In this document: positions 50,388-63,095 of the stretch, one piece after another
Numbering within the stretch: position 1 is the stretch's first letter
Layout: the number at the start of each line of letters is the position of its first letter
DNA from: Takakia lepidozioides
Lineage: Eukaryota; Plantae; Bryophyta
Assembly (NCBI GenBank): GCA_030704615.1
Contig: CM060734.1
Location: 40,920,001-40,984,000, forward strand
Length of the DNA: 64,000 nt
Reading direction: 5' to 3'
The notes under the pieces: model-generated
Told to the model about the DNA's origin: nothing
The model's database searches: none
Seen by the model: the letters and a program-made list of their open reading frames with translations, nothing else
Translations under genes and position numbers: made by a program

Positions 50388-51737
50388 TTGTACTCATAAG
50401 ACGTTGTTTGCCGTAGCCTTGTGGCCATTGACCCCGCGCCCAGTTTGAGCGGGAACAAAAGGAACAGAACCTACCTCCGTCAGGGGCTGACGTTGGTAGT
50501 AAGACTTACCATCGTATAAGGAATTAATCCGGGTTTTCCATATATCCTCTAGAAAACCCTTCACACAAGCATCAATCTGCTGTGTGTGATTTGCCCAAAA
50601 ACTAGGCCTCAAGAGGGCCTGGGCTTTTGGCTCAGCCTCGAAACTTTCAAAGTTGGTAAACAGGGGTACAGGCACAATTCCCTTGATAAAATTGAAGAGA
50701 GCCTCTCTTTGGTGAGAGAAACCCGGACAGCGTATCAGAAATGAATACTGTCTTCAGATTGCCCACAGAACGGACAATTGCACTCTCCCTTTCCTCTCTG
50801 CTTCTGTTTGCTGTTCAAAGGTAGGCTTCCTGCCCTGAGTTTAAATTTCAGTCTAGTGCCGAGAGTGGGTAGACCCTTGAGGTCATCCAAGATGTCCACC
50901 CCCATGTCACTGACTGGAAACAAGTTCAGGGAAGTTCTCTGCCTAACTTCATTTTCATCAGACAATCTCATGGCAACAGACATGGCCTCAGACACTATAG
51001 CCTCTAAGGCAGATTTATCCAACAGGGTCAAGACTTGCGGATCCAGATCCAGGTCCTTGAGAATCTTTTCTACTCTCTTCTGCCAGGACTTAGCCTGTTT
51101 GACAGGGCGGTCCTGTTTCCAAGATATAGAGTCGATCAACTTAGGATATCTGGTGTTGGGCATATGTTGCAGCTGACCCCACCATCTGACCTTGAATTCA
51201 TCTCGTCGGGAGCTTAAGGATGGAATGCCAAACTCACCCCGAACAGCCACATTGGCTGTTTTGGAGCATGCTGACATACACTCCTTAAGCACCCCCACTT
51301 GAATGGATTCTAGAGACTTAGCCTGGTTGGAGTTATCAACCCATATAGCAGATCCGTACTCCAAGGCAGGTCTAATAACGCGACAAAGCATGGTTTTCTT
51401 AACCTCAGAGATGACCCCTCTGCAGTGGAAAAAATTTAGTGAGCCCCAGAGCTTTGCCCTTGCCAGTTTGAACAACTTTCCGGATATGTGCATCCTAACT
51501 ACAAACGGAGGAAAACTCAACACCCAGGTAAGTGTAGGAAGGGAGGACCGGGATCTCTTGGCTACCCCACTGCCACAAGATCACTTCCTCCCTCTCCTCT
51601 GTCGTTGAATGCTACCACTGCACATTTGCTGACATCCAGGAAAAAAACATAAGTGGGTTTCCCTTCTTTTTTCCTTCCCTGAATAATCTGGCTTAGAGTG
51701 AAGATATGATCCACACAGCCCCTGTTTCGCCGAAAGC
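50388..51737 (-). mobile_element. LINE family B (RTEX-like) nested in hAT; 5'-truncated and internally deleted; 16-bp TSD
   Basis: GFRRNRGCVDHIF...FFLDVSK fused to a later RT segment, IRPALEYG, AVRGEFG, C-terminal CPFC...EDSIHF. TSD CGAGAGAAACAAGAGA at 50372-50387 and 51752-51767. Confidence 0.9.
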
Positions 51738-52813
51738 CGAGAGAAACAAGCCGAGAGAAACAAGAGAAAAGAGAAGAGAGAGAAGGTAAGCTGCGAGAGA
51801 GGAGGGAGAAACTAAGGAGGCCAACCACCAGAGGGCCTGTAGGATACGGTAGAACTTGAACCAAAACCAGCATTGTTTTAGGGGGTGTGGGAGCCAAGGA
51901 GCTCACGAGAGAGAGGAAAGAGACTGGTGTGTGCATTTGTGTCTTAGGGTGCGGAAAACCTCATGTAAAGAATCCGTTTATCCTCATAAGAAATTGCCCT
52001 TGCATTCACTCCATACATATATGCATCGTGAAAATGGAGGAGAGAGACTGAATGACAAGTTATATACGCTTCGAGACAGTCTGAGCAGAAGTATTACCCG
52101 GCGCTATTCTGGCACTCTCCCCGCCATGCCTTCGTTCCGTTTTCCTTTGCTTCTTCCTGAATCCGGTCGAGTTGAATCACGACCCCACCAATGTATTGCA
52201 CAACACAAGCGTCCGACACGGATTCTCTCCTAAGCTGCTTCTACCAGAATCCACATTACTGTAATCAGGCATACAGCGTGAAACATATCATACTCCCGCT
52301 CTCCCCTTCCCTGCCTTGTTTCTCCCGAAACAAAGTAGAAACGTTGTGACCCAAACAAATCACACGCCCCTCCCACACTTCCATCTCTCCCCTGTCCGAT
52401 CCTTCAACGCAGACGCATGCTACAAAGCCCGAATTCACAGTGAGATGGAGATGGCAAGCCAATGATGTGGCCTTCTGGGACTATTGCAGCACTACGGCGT
52501 GGCCGATTACCTTCCACTTCGCCGCATCATGAACCGCGCACGTAGAGACACTTAGGGCTACAGCCCAGGGGTGGAACCGGAACCGGAACCGGAACCCTAA
52601 ACCCCAAACCCCAAACCCGGTTCCCACACATGTGGTCGTAGCTGGAACCGCCGGTTCCGGTTCCCACACAATCCTGGATTTCCGGTTCCGGTTCCGGTTC
52701 CGGTTCCGGTTCTGCGCAGGCGGGTCCGGTTCCGGTCCGGTTCCACATAACCGGAACCGGAACCGGCGGTTACCCGGGGCCCAGGCGGGTAACCGCCCAA
52801 CACTGGTCGGGAC

Positions 52814-53506
52814 AAACAAAACCAAAGTATGGTCGTCCTAACCAAAGAGGGAAAAAATATATAAAAATTGCATGGCAATTGTCGTCGTTACCAGATGGTT
52901 GCCTAGTTAATACTAAACTACCACTGTCGCTAAAAGGTTGCCCGAACCCTAATTAATTAATTAATTGATTGGTAAAAATTGCATAACCACCGTCGTCCAG
53001 TTGTCAACAGTCCTGAGAGGTCAAAAGAAAAACACAATAATGTTTTTTTAAAAATCTAAAAAAAACCACTAGTCACCGCTGTCCGACGGTCGCTCGGCCA
53101 TCGCCATCGGAAGCGGTTGCCTTAACCCAAAAAATTAACAAAAACAAAAAAAAAAAAATCACATAGCCATCGTCGATCGTCTGGCCATCATCATTGTCTA
53201 ACGGTCATCAAACCAAAATAAAAAACAAAACAAAAACAAAAACCGCATACTTATCATCGTCCGGCTGTCGCTGTCGCCCAACGGTCGTCCAGACCCAAAT
53301 AATAAATAACAATAAATAATATTGTGCAGCCGCCGTCATACATCGTCGGACGTCGGCGTTCACATCTCAGCAGAGAATCCCTGTTCAGGACCTTATACAT
53401 ATCATGCTGTGTTTCATGAATACTGGTCGGTGACGACTAATAATCGGTTGGGGGGGGGGGATGTGACGAGCCTTTTTTACGCACGGCCAGAGTGACGACA
53501 TACTAG
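52814..53506 (+). repeat. Degenerate A-rich/CGTCG minisatellite, possibly a Helitron 3' region
   Basis: About 6-7 loose units of AAAA..GCATA.CC..CGTCGTCC, ending ACGCACGG...ATACTAG with only a weak hairpin. Confidence 0.3.
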
Positions 53507-56500
53507 CCTAGAGGGTTGTGGCAAGTTGCGGTGTAGGTTGGGCTCAACGAACCGCCTACCCGGCTACGGTAAATGGATGGATCTAAACAGTCTAACTTCC
53601 TACTGGCAAAGCAAAGCTTAACAACTCCACTTCACAGGGCGATTTGCGTTTCCTAGTCCTACATTTTGTTTATGGGTTTTCTACGTCTTTAATCGTAATT
53701 GTCTTCCAAGTCTTTGTTTATTACTACTTCATACATGTCTGGACTCCCAACACGCTTATAGCCGGGACGAACCTTCAAATCCCTTTACGAAACGAATCCT
53801 GAGCCCAGGGAGACGGAGATCATCTATCTCCCGCCCATTGCCCCCCCCTAAATCCCGAGGCGGATTAATTTCATACATCCTAGGAATGGACCAGATCCGC
53901 TTTCCCAAGTCAGTCTTCCCTGCTTAGAGCGATCCAAGTTCCAACCTCAATAGTCAGTCCATCGGGTGAATGATAACAATTCAAACCTCTAGATAATTCT
54001 CGAGATCTAATAAAACAATGGCCGTTCATTGGCCCAAGGCCCCCCCAACGGTCGGGTACTTGACTCCAAATATTTTCGACGAAAATAGACGATACCTCCC
54101 TTAAAACTTTTGTTTTTAAGTTAAGGGGTACGGATAAGATCCCTTATTAAAGACGAATTACCCTGCTGAATAAGAAAGAACAAATAATTAAAATCTTCTT
54201 ACAAATGCATGAAATTCGTAGAAATAGAGAATCATCGTAGGATTCTGGAGAAAACTAAATTGCCCTCAAGGTACCAAGGGAACGCCCTGGGAATGTCCTT
54301 TATGCCGGGAGCATTGGGGAACTGCTCTCCATTTGGGAGCGCCCCTAAATTCTTATACCAAACCAATCAATAACGCATTAGCAACTTAAACAATCACCAG
54401 GTCAGGATGAATGAAATCTGCCGCCCTTCAGTTTTTCATCTGATCGCCCTTTGATGTGTAAACAATGAATAAAACATTCAGTGGGTCCCAGGGTCCATTT
54501 CCTGCGCCTCTTCCACCTACTTCCATTATAATCTAATTAATTTATGCAAGCAACCAGCCTACAACGAAGTTGAAATATGTCATCTTCTACTTTGTGAAAC
54601 CTCTACCAGGGACTCTCTAATCCCTGTCTCTGGGCTTTCTCTCTCTACCTGTGGCATCTACCCGTGAGCCGTGCTTTCACAAGCCCCGGGATACATATCA
54701 AACTGATGGCCTCAATAGAGCCTATCCAATGGTTCCAACCATTTCTTATCATTTGCTAAAACACGCATTCATTCCCATACAAGAAGAACACCATGAATAG
54801 TGCACAAGAAATCAAAGGCATAGAGAGAAAATCCCCCTTAAAATATCAGTATCAGGGACCAACAGTCCCTAGAGGGGTCCGTCGTAATATCCAGCGATTA
54901 AAACCGATATCCCGCGGTCAGCGCTATGTGGCACGGTGTGACTGGCCCGCCGCCGGCGCAGGTCTAGCGGGTAATAGCAGGCTCCATCGTCTCTGCTGCT
55001 CGTGTCGTACCTGCATGGGCCCAGCTATGGTATCTGGTGCTGCCACACAGTGTACCAGCAACCTGTACCTTGCTCCAAGGGTCAACTCCCCCCACAGGGG
55101 AAGGCCGCGCCATCCGTGTTAGATGCGCATTTCCATGGCGACTCTAGGCAACCTCATTGGTTGATCGCCTAAGGCGCCGGCACTTTAGTGCTGGGCTCCG
55201 CCTTTTTTAGCAGCTCTCTACAAAATAGCTTAACCACTTATAAAGCTAGTTAGCACTGCCTCCCATGGTCCTCTATGGCCAGGGGGCTTATGAACATAGA
55301 TATGAACTCAATAATATGGAAATTTTGGCAATAGCTTCGCTGTATCATGCAATATGGCCGTTGCCACTAAGCTAGAAAGAGAAATTTGACAAGAGCTTCG
55401 CCACTTCATGCAAGCTCGCCTTCTCCTTAAACATAATAATGAACATCTACCCTCATTTTCATGACGTAATTGGGTTAGATTCCTAAGGCCCTGTCTCCTA
55501 GGGCTTCACACATGTGCTCTTCACACATGCACATAGAGATGCACACACATCCTCTTTGAAAGAGGTTAGTTTTTATAGATTTCTAGCAAGCAATGTTATA
55601 AGGTCCCTTCTTGGAACAAGCTTGAACAACAAATGAAACAAACGAATTCAAAGGTTTAGATAATATGGTAAGTCACCCTATGAAACAAGTGGTGCTTGGG
55701 ATGCACTAAATCGCTCGGTAGAATGGTACTCAAATCTGATCCTCCTCCGGCACTCATACTTGTCCTCAACTCTCCCACTTCATGAAGCGTTTCCTCTACT
55801 TCTTGCCTCAAATGGCTACAAGGCCTTGAGCTAGGACTATCTTGCTCTCACTATTCTACTACTAGAGAGCCACAAGCTCAACTCTCTAGGATCTAGCTCC
55901 CTCAAGCTCAAAACAAACTACACAAGCAAGAGGCCAAAACAAATAAGACTAGATGAAGAACAAGAGGAGTCTGTTCTTCTTTTATTGTGTTTTTGGGGTC
56001 TCTTAAACTAGTGAAATGATAGTCTTAAACTATTATTTCCTACATGAGTTTATGATTTGAAAACGATAGAACACCATAAAATAATAATCATGGATGGAAA
56101 ACTTTGGTGTTAATGATAAATCTGGTTTTTCATCCATCCAATGGATGACCAGTTAGCGCTAGGTTATCTTCTCATCCCTCCAGCTTGCAGGTCGAATTTC
56201 CAGTTTTTATCCATTGGATGAACTAGAACTACATTTAATCGCCTTTCGCAACTGCCTCCGGCTTGATAATTTGATGTCGTCTGTCAGCACCTCCAAAAAT
56301 CCCCAAACTTGGTAACAAATTATAATTAGATGCCTCGTAGCTGCCCGTAAACTCTCAAGGGAATCGGGGAAGAAAAACCACACCTCTGATTGGTTTCCAT
56401 GGTTTCGCCATATAGGCAGTCTGCCGCTTCCTGGCATTAAAAATACTGGTGGTGCCCCCAGAGAGTCTTTGGCCCTGCCACTGGGTCACAGATCATTTGG

Positions 56501-56847
56501 AGTTCCCTCCTACACTCTTTGCATCACTGAGGAGTTCAAAATTTCGTCGGGAAGCTCCTTCACCCGTCGTTTGTTTCGATGCAGCACTTGCTTTGTCGCG
56601 ATATTTCACCGTTGTACATATTATTTCCTCCAATTGCCAAGACCCCGCGCCGCGTGCTTCTACTGGACTTGAAAGGCGGGAGAATAGAGAGATCGCAATC
56701 CGGGACTGGAACAGTCGTCATGTATTGTTTCGAACAGGTGCATGTTGTCGTTACTGGTACCGAATTGACAACCTAACTTGCTGTCGATGCAGCTCCCTAC
56801 AGTCATTTTGACTCCAGAGCTCTTCCATGGTTGTCTCAGACATAATC

Positions 56848-57571
56848 TGTCGCACACCTCAGTTCGGTAAACTCCCCTTCAAGTCATAGTTACTCGCTTT
56901 GATGCGCGCGCCTGACTCCCAACCTGGCCGCCGGGCCAACTTGGAGTTTCGGCTACTCACCGGGACATAACGGTCCCCTTCCGCTTCCCTCTAAACCCTC
57001 CACCTATTTGGGACTAGGAGAATTCCCTTTGGTAGATGGCAGTCCGGAACAGCTCCCCACTCTTTGGTCGCTTTCCGGCTCGCTCGCTTACTCACTAGTT
57101 TTTGGTCGCCAACGGGCTTGCACCGTTCTCGGGGTTACTACTCCCTATATATACTTCTGTAGCTGTCCGCGGGGGTTTCATAACCAGCCATGCCATTTTA
57201 TGGCGAACCACCACGAAAACCCTCGACTCCCGGTGGTGAGTCGCGGTGAGTCTTGGCCCACTCACCGCGGCCCCAATGGACCGTGATGAGTCCCAAGACT
57301 CCCCACGACTCCCACCTCGAGGTCTCCACCCCATGGTGAGTCCTATGCCACCCCCACTAAGTCCCACTAAGCTACCACCACCCCTTGTGGAGCCACCTCC
57401 ACCGCAACCCGGTGTGCGGGGCTCCACCTAGTGAGCGCCTCCGCCTCCTTGAGTGCCTTGGGCACACAAGGGTGCTTCAGCCCCCCCTACCTATCGCCGC
57501 CGCTGCCCCCACCACAGGGGCAGCCCCTCATGTGTCCCGACCCCCTGCCCTCAAGGCAAAGGGCCGCGACA
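56848..57571 (-). repeat. 3' LTR of gypsy element 2
   Basis: Direct repeat of 63096-63819. Confidence 0.96.
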
Positions 57572-58477
57572 CACACCCCTACCAACAGGGAGTCGATGTC
57601 CTCATCGACTTGTCCATTTTGTAGAAACGAACATCCAAGTTGTGGCGTCCCACATCAAGGAGTTTGTTTCCGTACCATGGCGTCCCATGGCAAAGAACCA
57701 AACCCCACACTTGACTCCACTCTCCACTAGCTAGTTCGGCCGACTTCCTCCAAGTCCCGGCCAAGGGTGGAGCCTCTCCAGCTTCTCCCAGTGCACTCTT
57801 CTTGGCCTACTTCAAGGCCAAGGAACGATCCTCCCCGAGGATCGAATCGCCTTACTGCAACAACATTGCTTGCGATCGCTCATGATGCCGCTTTTGGCAT
57901 CACCTTGAGCAAGGGTTCACCTGGAACCCTCTTTGACTAGGAAGATAACCTTGAACCAACCGTGCGCCCCAATCACTACAATTGGGTCCGCCTTGGAATG
58001 CTGGCCTGAGGTACGGGAACACGCCGAAGCCGCACTACGACTTCGTCCCGAGGCTACACGATTATAGTACGTGAACGGAAGCACGTAGCTTCCGCGTTAG
58101 CCCGCACTACAAGGCAACCCCCTCGGTAGCGCAGTTATAGTACGCGCACGCGCCAGGTGCGCACTAGCACTTGAACTCCCAAATAAGGCGCAAGTTTCCT
58201 TGCCCCTTGGATGGGAGTCACCCGATTTCGGCACTGCGCAAACACACGATTAACCCAATTTACCTCTCCCACTTTTGTAAGCTAGCATGCATTCTACACA
58301 CCAGCCAACCACACCATGCATCACCATTCCAAACACAATAGGACGCACAATATTTGGAACCCATTTCCTTTATCACAAATTTTTGTACAATACAAGTTTT
58401 TGCAATCGGATTCCTGAGCTAGCTAAACCGGGCTAAGCATGCATTTCCTCCCCCACGCTCCAAGGTTGATGTCCCCA

Positions 58478-61400
58478 TCAACGCTTCTTCCGCTTTTGAG
58501 GTCGCCCTTCGAACGCTGCAACTGCCTCGGATGCGTTTCCCATTTCTGAGGCACGCACCCAAGATGCCTCCACAAGATGATAGCCCTTCCATTTGACGAG
58601 ATACTCTGTTTCTCGGTTCTTGAACCTCCTCGACTTAAGTATTGCCTCCACCTCGTACTCAGGTTCATTTTCATGATCCAACAGCATAGGTGGCGGACGC
58701 AACACTTGCTGCCGATTCGGACGTGCTTCATCTTTGAAGTAAGGCTTCAAAAGGGAGACATGGAATACTGGGTGCACCTTGCTGTTTGCTGGCAGCTCCA
58801 ATTCATACACATCCTCATTCATAACCCTCCGAATGCGAAAGGGACCCGCATACGGAGGTACGAACTTCGGACTCATTTCCGGAGGTAGTCGAAAATTCTT
58901 GATGTTCAACCAGACCTCTGTGCCTGCCTCAAACTTCACTTCCCTCCGCTTCCGATTCGCCTGCCTTTCATACCGTTTCCTAGCTTTGGCAATGTTGTAC
59001 TTTGCGAGCTTCAACAAACGCTCGCGTTCTTCCAGTACCGCCGCTACTGCCGGTTCCTCAACGTCCTGGGCGGCCCAACTTGTCGGCACCAGAGGTGCTT
59101 TTCCATAGACCAACACAAAAGGGGAAACTCCCGTCGCGGAGTGTTCTGTGTTATTATAACAGAACTCTGCCGCGTCTAAGTGTTCCATCCAGTCTGATTG
59201 GTCTGCCGACACGTAATTCCGCAAGAATTGCTTCACTACGGAATTCACTCTTTCCGTTTGGCCGTCCGTCGTAGGTCGGAAGGCGGTGCTCATCTTCAGC
59301 CTCGTCCCCATCTTCTTCCAAAGTGCTCTCCAGAATTTACTCGTAAACTTTGGGTCGCGGTCCGAGACAATATCCTTCGGGACTCCATGATGCTTTAAGA
59401 CGTGGGCGAAGTAAAGTCGCCCTGTCTCCTGCGCAGTTGCCGTCTCCTTGGTGGGGATGAAATGGGCCATTTTACTGAACCTATCTACCACCACCATGAT
59501 TGCATCGAATCCTTTTGACAGCGGCATAGCAGTCATGAAATCCATCGAGACGCTTTCCCAAGTCCCCTCTGGAATCGGTAAGGGTTGTAACAGCCCCGCT
59601 TGCTTTTTATACTCGCTCCGGTTTTGTTGGCATGTGGTGCATGTCTTTACATACTCCTCTGCCTCCTCCCTCAGTTTGGGCCAGAAATACTCTTTCTTCA
59701 AGAGTGCCGCAGTGCGCTTGGCTCCACCGTGGCCCGCAAGCGGGCTATCATGGCATTCTCTCAAGAGACTATCCCTGATCCCTCCCTTTGGCACATAGAG
59801 ACGTTTTTGCTTATACCGGAGCAGTCCGTTTTGCAAGTGGAACTGCGATTTAACCCCCATTCTCAAGTTCTGCATCACGCACTTTGCCAGCTCATCCTTC
59901 CGGCAAGCCTTCCGGATCTTCCTTTGGAGCGCCGTCTCGCCCTTGTACACCAACCAGAGCTGCTGCTTTCTACTTAAAGCATCGGCCACCACATTGTCCC
60001 GTCCCGGTTTGTACTGGATATCCACGTCGAACACTGCCAAAGTATCTTGCCACCTAAGTTGTTTTGGGGACAACTTGGGCTGCGTGGCAAAATACTTCAC
60101 CGTGACATTGTCCGTGAACACCTTCACTGGGTTGGAACCAACATAGTGGCGCCAGAGTTCAAGGCAATGTACCACCGCCTTCATCTCTTTTTCGTGCGTC
60201 GGCCACCGTCGCTCCACTTCATTCAGTTTCTTACTTTCGTAAGCCACTGGACGTCCATCTTGCATAAGTACACCCCCAATTGCGAAGTCCGATGCATCTG
60301 TATGAATCTCAAACGGACGATCGAACTCCGGGATTTTTAAGACTGGAGCTTCCGTCATCCGCTGCTTCAATTCAGCAAAAGCTTGGCCACAAAATGTGTT
60401 CCATACCCAGACTTTGGATTTACACAGAAGGTCCGACAGTGGCCCCGCGATCTTGGCGAAATTTCTCACATACTTCCGGTAATAGGAGGCGAGTCCTAGG
60501 AAGGATCGCACTCCCGGGACCGAAGTCGGAGGCTCCCAGTCCAAGATCGCCCTCACCTTTCTGTCATCCATTTTGATCCCATCCTGTGTAATCACGTGCC
60601 CCAAGAACTCCACTTTTGTGACCCCGAATTCGCACTTTGAAGCTTTGGCATACAGCTTCCCTTCTCGCAATTTTTGGAACACCCTTTTGAGGTGCTCCAG
60701 GTGCTCCTCCTTTGTTTTCGAGTACACCAAGATGTCGTCGATGTACACGATCACAAAGTCATCCAACCACTCCTGGAAAAGGCTGTTCATCAGCGTGCTA
60801 AATGTCGCTGGTGCATTGGTGAGCCCAAAAGGCATCACCAAGAACTCATATGAACCATACCTTGTCCTGCACGCGGTCTTCTCCTCATCTCCTTCCGCCA
60901 CCCGAATTTGGTGATAGCCGGAGCGCAAGTCGATCCGGCTGAAATACTTCGCTCCTGCCAACCGATCGAAGAGGTCGTCGATCCTTGGCAAAGGGTACCG
61001 GTTTTTGATAGTCACCTTATTCAGAGCCCTGTAATCGACACACATCCGCAGCGTCCCATCCTTCTTGTCTGCAAATAGCACCGGGGCTCCGTAAGGTGAC
61101 TTACTCGGCCGGATGTACCCCTTTGACATTAGATCTTTGAGCTGAGTCTTCAGCTCGACCAACTCTTTGTGGCTCAACCGGTAGGGCGCCTTGGCAGGCG
61201 GTTCCGATCCCGGTATCACCTCAATTTTGTGGTCAACTCCTCTTCGCGGTGGCAAGCCGCTTGGTAAATCCTCCGGCATCACATCCTGGTATTTCTCCAA
61301 AATCCCCTTGATCCAATCTGGGCTCGGCTCCCCATCGCCTTCTCCTTTCACTTCTCTAATGTAAAGCAAAAACTGGGACTCGTGTGTCTCCTCCACGGCC

Positions 61401-63040
61401 CACTCCTTTGCTGATAGAAGGTTTATTCGCCCTCCCACGGATTTGGGCGTTTCCGACACTCGTAAAACCTCGCCACCATTCCCACATGGCAGCGTGACTA
61501 CTCTCTTGCGGCCATCTATGACCGCTCCGGATTTGCTCAAAAAGGTCATTCCCAAAATGAGATCCACTCCATCGATCTCGCAGATAGTGAAGTTCTCACG
61601 TCCCTCCCAACTCCCCAGTTGAAGAGGAACATCAAACGCCAACCTTGTCGCCAACTGAGGTTCTCCTTTGGCAGAGCGCACCTCAATAGAGGCCCCCACG
61701 TCACTTGTCGGGAGTCCCAACTTTCGCGCCGCTGCCGGCGTCATGAAGGAGTGCGACGCTCCTGTGTCCACCAACAACGACACATTAGTTCCGGATATTA
61801 TCCCATCCACGAACAATAACTGACTCCCTTTTCGTAAGGCGCCAGTTTCCTGATACAACTCACAAGAAAATTTGCCTACCTTGCAAGTCCTGGCGACCAC
61901 CGCTTCCACCAAGCGACTGATGGTATCTTCCGACAGCTCCGTGGTCGCCCGAGTCATGTTCAATTGCCGGGGCTTCGTGCACTTCTTGGCCATGTGCCCG
62001 GGCTCCCCGCAATTGAAACACACTCCATCAAAGGTCGCCTTCTGTCCGCCATAAGTCGCTCCACCCGCTTTTCCTTTCGAAGCACCGGGTGCCGCCTTGA
62101 CGTGTGAGGGACCTCCCTTCGATTTCCACGTGCCATTTTCGCCGCGTGGCCTATCCCACTTCTTTTCCGGTCGGGAGGAGTCACCTTCCCGCCGGGTCTT
62201 CTTGTGGTTCAGCTCCGTACGGCCTTGTTTCTCACCCCTAGGGACATCCGAGAAACATTCAGCTCTCTCAATTGCCTCGTTCAAAGTCTTGGGTGGCTTC
62301 TCCTCCAACTTCCGCCTAGCCCATGGGGCCAGTCCCGCCACAAAGTTGAAGACCATTTCTGGTTCTGCCATGTCCGCGACTTCGAGCAACAGCACATTGA
62401 AAGCCTGGACATACCCCCGAATGTCATCTGTTTGCTTCAAATTCCTCATCTTGTCCCGGGCAAGCCAGGATGCGTTGAGGGGCACAAACTGTCTCTTCAT
62501 CAATTCCTTGAACTCACTCCAGTTCAAGGTTTCCGGGCTTGGGCCTCGGTCGTGAAGGCGTTTCTGCCACCATTGTTGAGCATAGCCCCTCAAATAGGTG
62601 GGAGCCACTTCCACCCGATCCTCGTCACTCAACTTGGCCGCCCGGAAGTACTGCTCTAGCTCCAGGAGCCAGGTGTTGAGTGCCTTCCGGTTTCGAACGC
62701 CCTCGAAGGTGCCGGGTTCCTTAGGCTTCACCTTAAACTTTGCCTTGGTGGAAGTGGCATTAGCCGCCTTCAACACGTCTTTCAACGTCCCGCCAAACTG
62801 CGCCAACAACCCTTCCCAAAAGGCTGCCGGCATGGGAGGCATCTCTTGGTTTGTCGGAGCTCTCAAAGATTCCTCGGGCTCCGACTCCTCGGATTCCTCC
62901 CGCTCCTGAGCGGCCTCGTTTTCGGAAACATTAATCGCTTCCTCAAACGGCCGCCTCGGTGACACGTCGCCCCCATCGGGCTCACCGGGGTCATCATCTT
63001 TTGGGCCGTTCCGCTTTCGCTTCGGCTTGCCCGACCCCAT
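58478..63040 (-). CDS. Gag-Pol polyprotein (gag, CCHC, PR, RT, RNase H, IN, chromodomain), uninterrupted
   Basis: [48 protein letters not shown]...YLVKWKGY...SW. Confidence 0.96.
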   Translation of the reverse strand: MGSGKPKRKRNGPKDDDPGEPDGGDVSPRRPFEEAINVSENEAAQEREESEESEPEESLRAPTNQEMPPMPAAFWEGLLAQFGGTLKDVLKAANATSTKAKFKVKPKEPGTFEGVRNRKALNTWLLELEQYFRAAKLSDEDRVEVAPTYLRGYAQQWWQKRLHDRGPSPETLNWSEFKELMKRQFVPLNASWLARDKMRNLKQTDDIRGYVQAFNVLLLEVADMAEPEMVFNFVAGLAPWARRKLEEKPPKTLNEAIERAECFSDVPRGEKQGRTELNHKKTRREGDSSRPEKKWDRPRGENGTWKSKGGPSHVKAAPGASKGKAGGATYGGQKATFDGVCFNCGEPGHMAKKCTKPRQLNMTRATTELSEDTISRLVEAVVARTCKVGKFSCELYQETGALRKGSQLLFVDGIISGTNVSLLVDTGASHSFMTPAAARKLGLPTSDVGASIEVRSAKGEPQLATRLAFDVPLQLGSWEGRENFTICEIDGVDLILGMTFLSKSGAVIDGRKRVVTLPCGNGGEVLRVSETPKSVGGRINLLSAKEWAVEETHESQFLLYIREVKGEGDGEPSPDWIKGILEKYQDVMPEDLPSGLPPRRGVDHKIEVIPGSEPPAKAPYRLSHKELVELKTQLKDLMSKGYIRPSKSPYGAPVLFADKKDGTLRMCVDYRALNKVTIKNRYPLPRIDDLFDRLAGAKYFSRIDLRSGYHQIRVAEGDEEKTACRTRYGSYEFLVMPFGLTNAPATFSTLMNSLFQEWLDDFVIVYIDDILVYSKTKEEHLEHLKRVFQKLREGKLYAKASKCEFGVTKVEFLGHVITQDGIKMDDRKVRAILDWEPPTSVPGVRSFLGLASYYRKYVRNFAKIAGPLSDLLCKSKVWVWNTFCGQAFAELKQRMTEAPVLKIPEFDRPFEIHTDASDFAIGGVLMQDGRPVAYESKKLNEVERRWPTHEKEMKAVVHCLELWRHYVGSNPVKVFTDNVTVKYFATQPKLSPKQLRWQDTLAVFDVDIQYKPGRDNVVADALSRKQQLWLVYKGETALQRKIRKACRKDELAKCVMQNLRMGVKSQFHLQNGLLRYKQKRLYVPKGGIRDSLLRECHDSPLAGHGGAKRTAALLKKEYFWPKLREEAEEYVKTCTTCQQNRSEYKKQAGLLQPLPIPEGTWESVSMDFMTAMPLSKGFDAIMVVVDRFSKMAHFIPTKETATAQETGRLYFAHVLKHHGVPKDIVSDRDPKFTSKFWRALWKKMGTRLKMSTAFRPTTDGQTERVNSVVKQFLRNYVSADQSDWMEHLDAAEFCYNNTEHSATGVSPFVLVYGKAPLVPTSWAAQDVEEPAVAAVLEERERLLKLAKYNIAKARKRYERQANRKRREVKFEAGTEVWLNIKNFRLPPEMSPKFVPPYAGPFRIRRVMNEDVYELELPANSKVHPVFHVSLLKPYFKDEARPNRQQVLRPPPMLLDHENEPEYEVEAILKSRRFKNRETEYLVKWKGYHLVEASWVRASEMGNASEAVAAFEGRPQKRKKR

Positions 63041-63095
63041 GATGAGGCCAATCCCAAGGACGATCGTGTACTGAACTCTAAGCTCTGATACCAAA

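Larger units (their letters stand above)
45345..52805 (-). mobile_element. hAT DNA transposon, 7461 bp
   Basis: 15-bp TIRs CAGTGTTGGGCGGTT / AACCGCCCAACACTG, 8-bp TSD GTCGGGAC (45337-45344, 52806-52813), dense subterminal CCGGTT/AACCGG arrays at both ends. Confidence 0.95.

Noticed and set aside
52591-52620. Interstitial telomere
   Set aside because: One CCCTAAA plus two variants inside the hAT subterminal repeats.
53510-56840. Large solo LTR or gene
   Set aside because: Composition is LTR-like, but no supportable termini, TSD or protein motifs were found.
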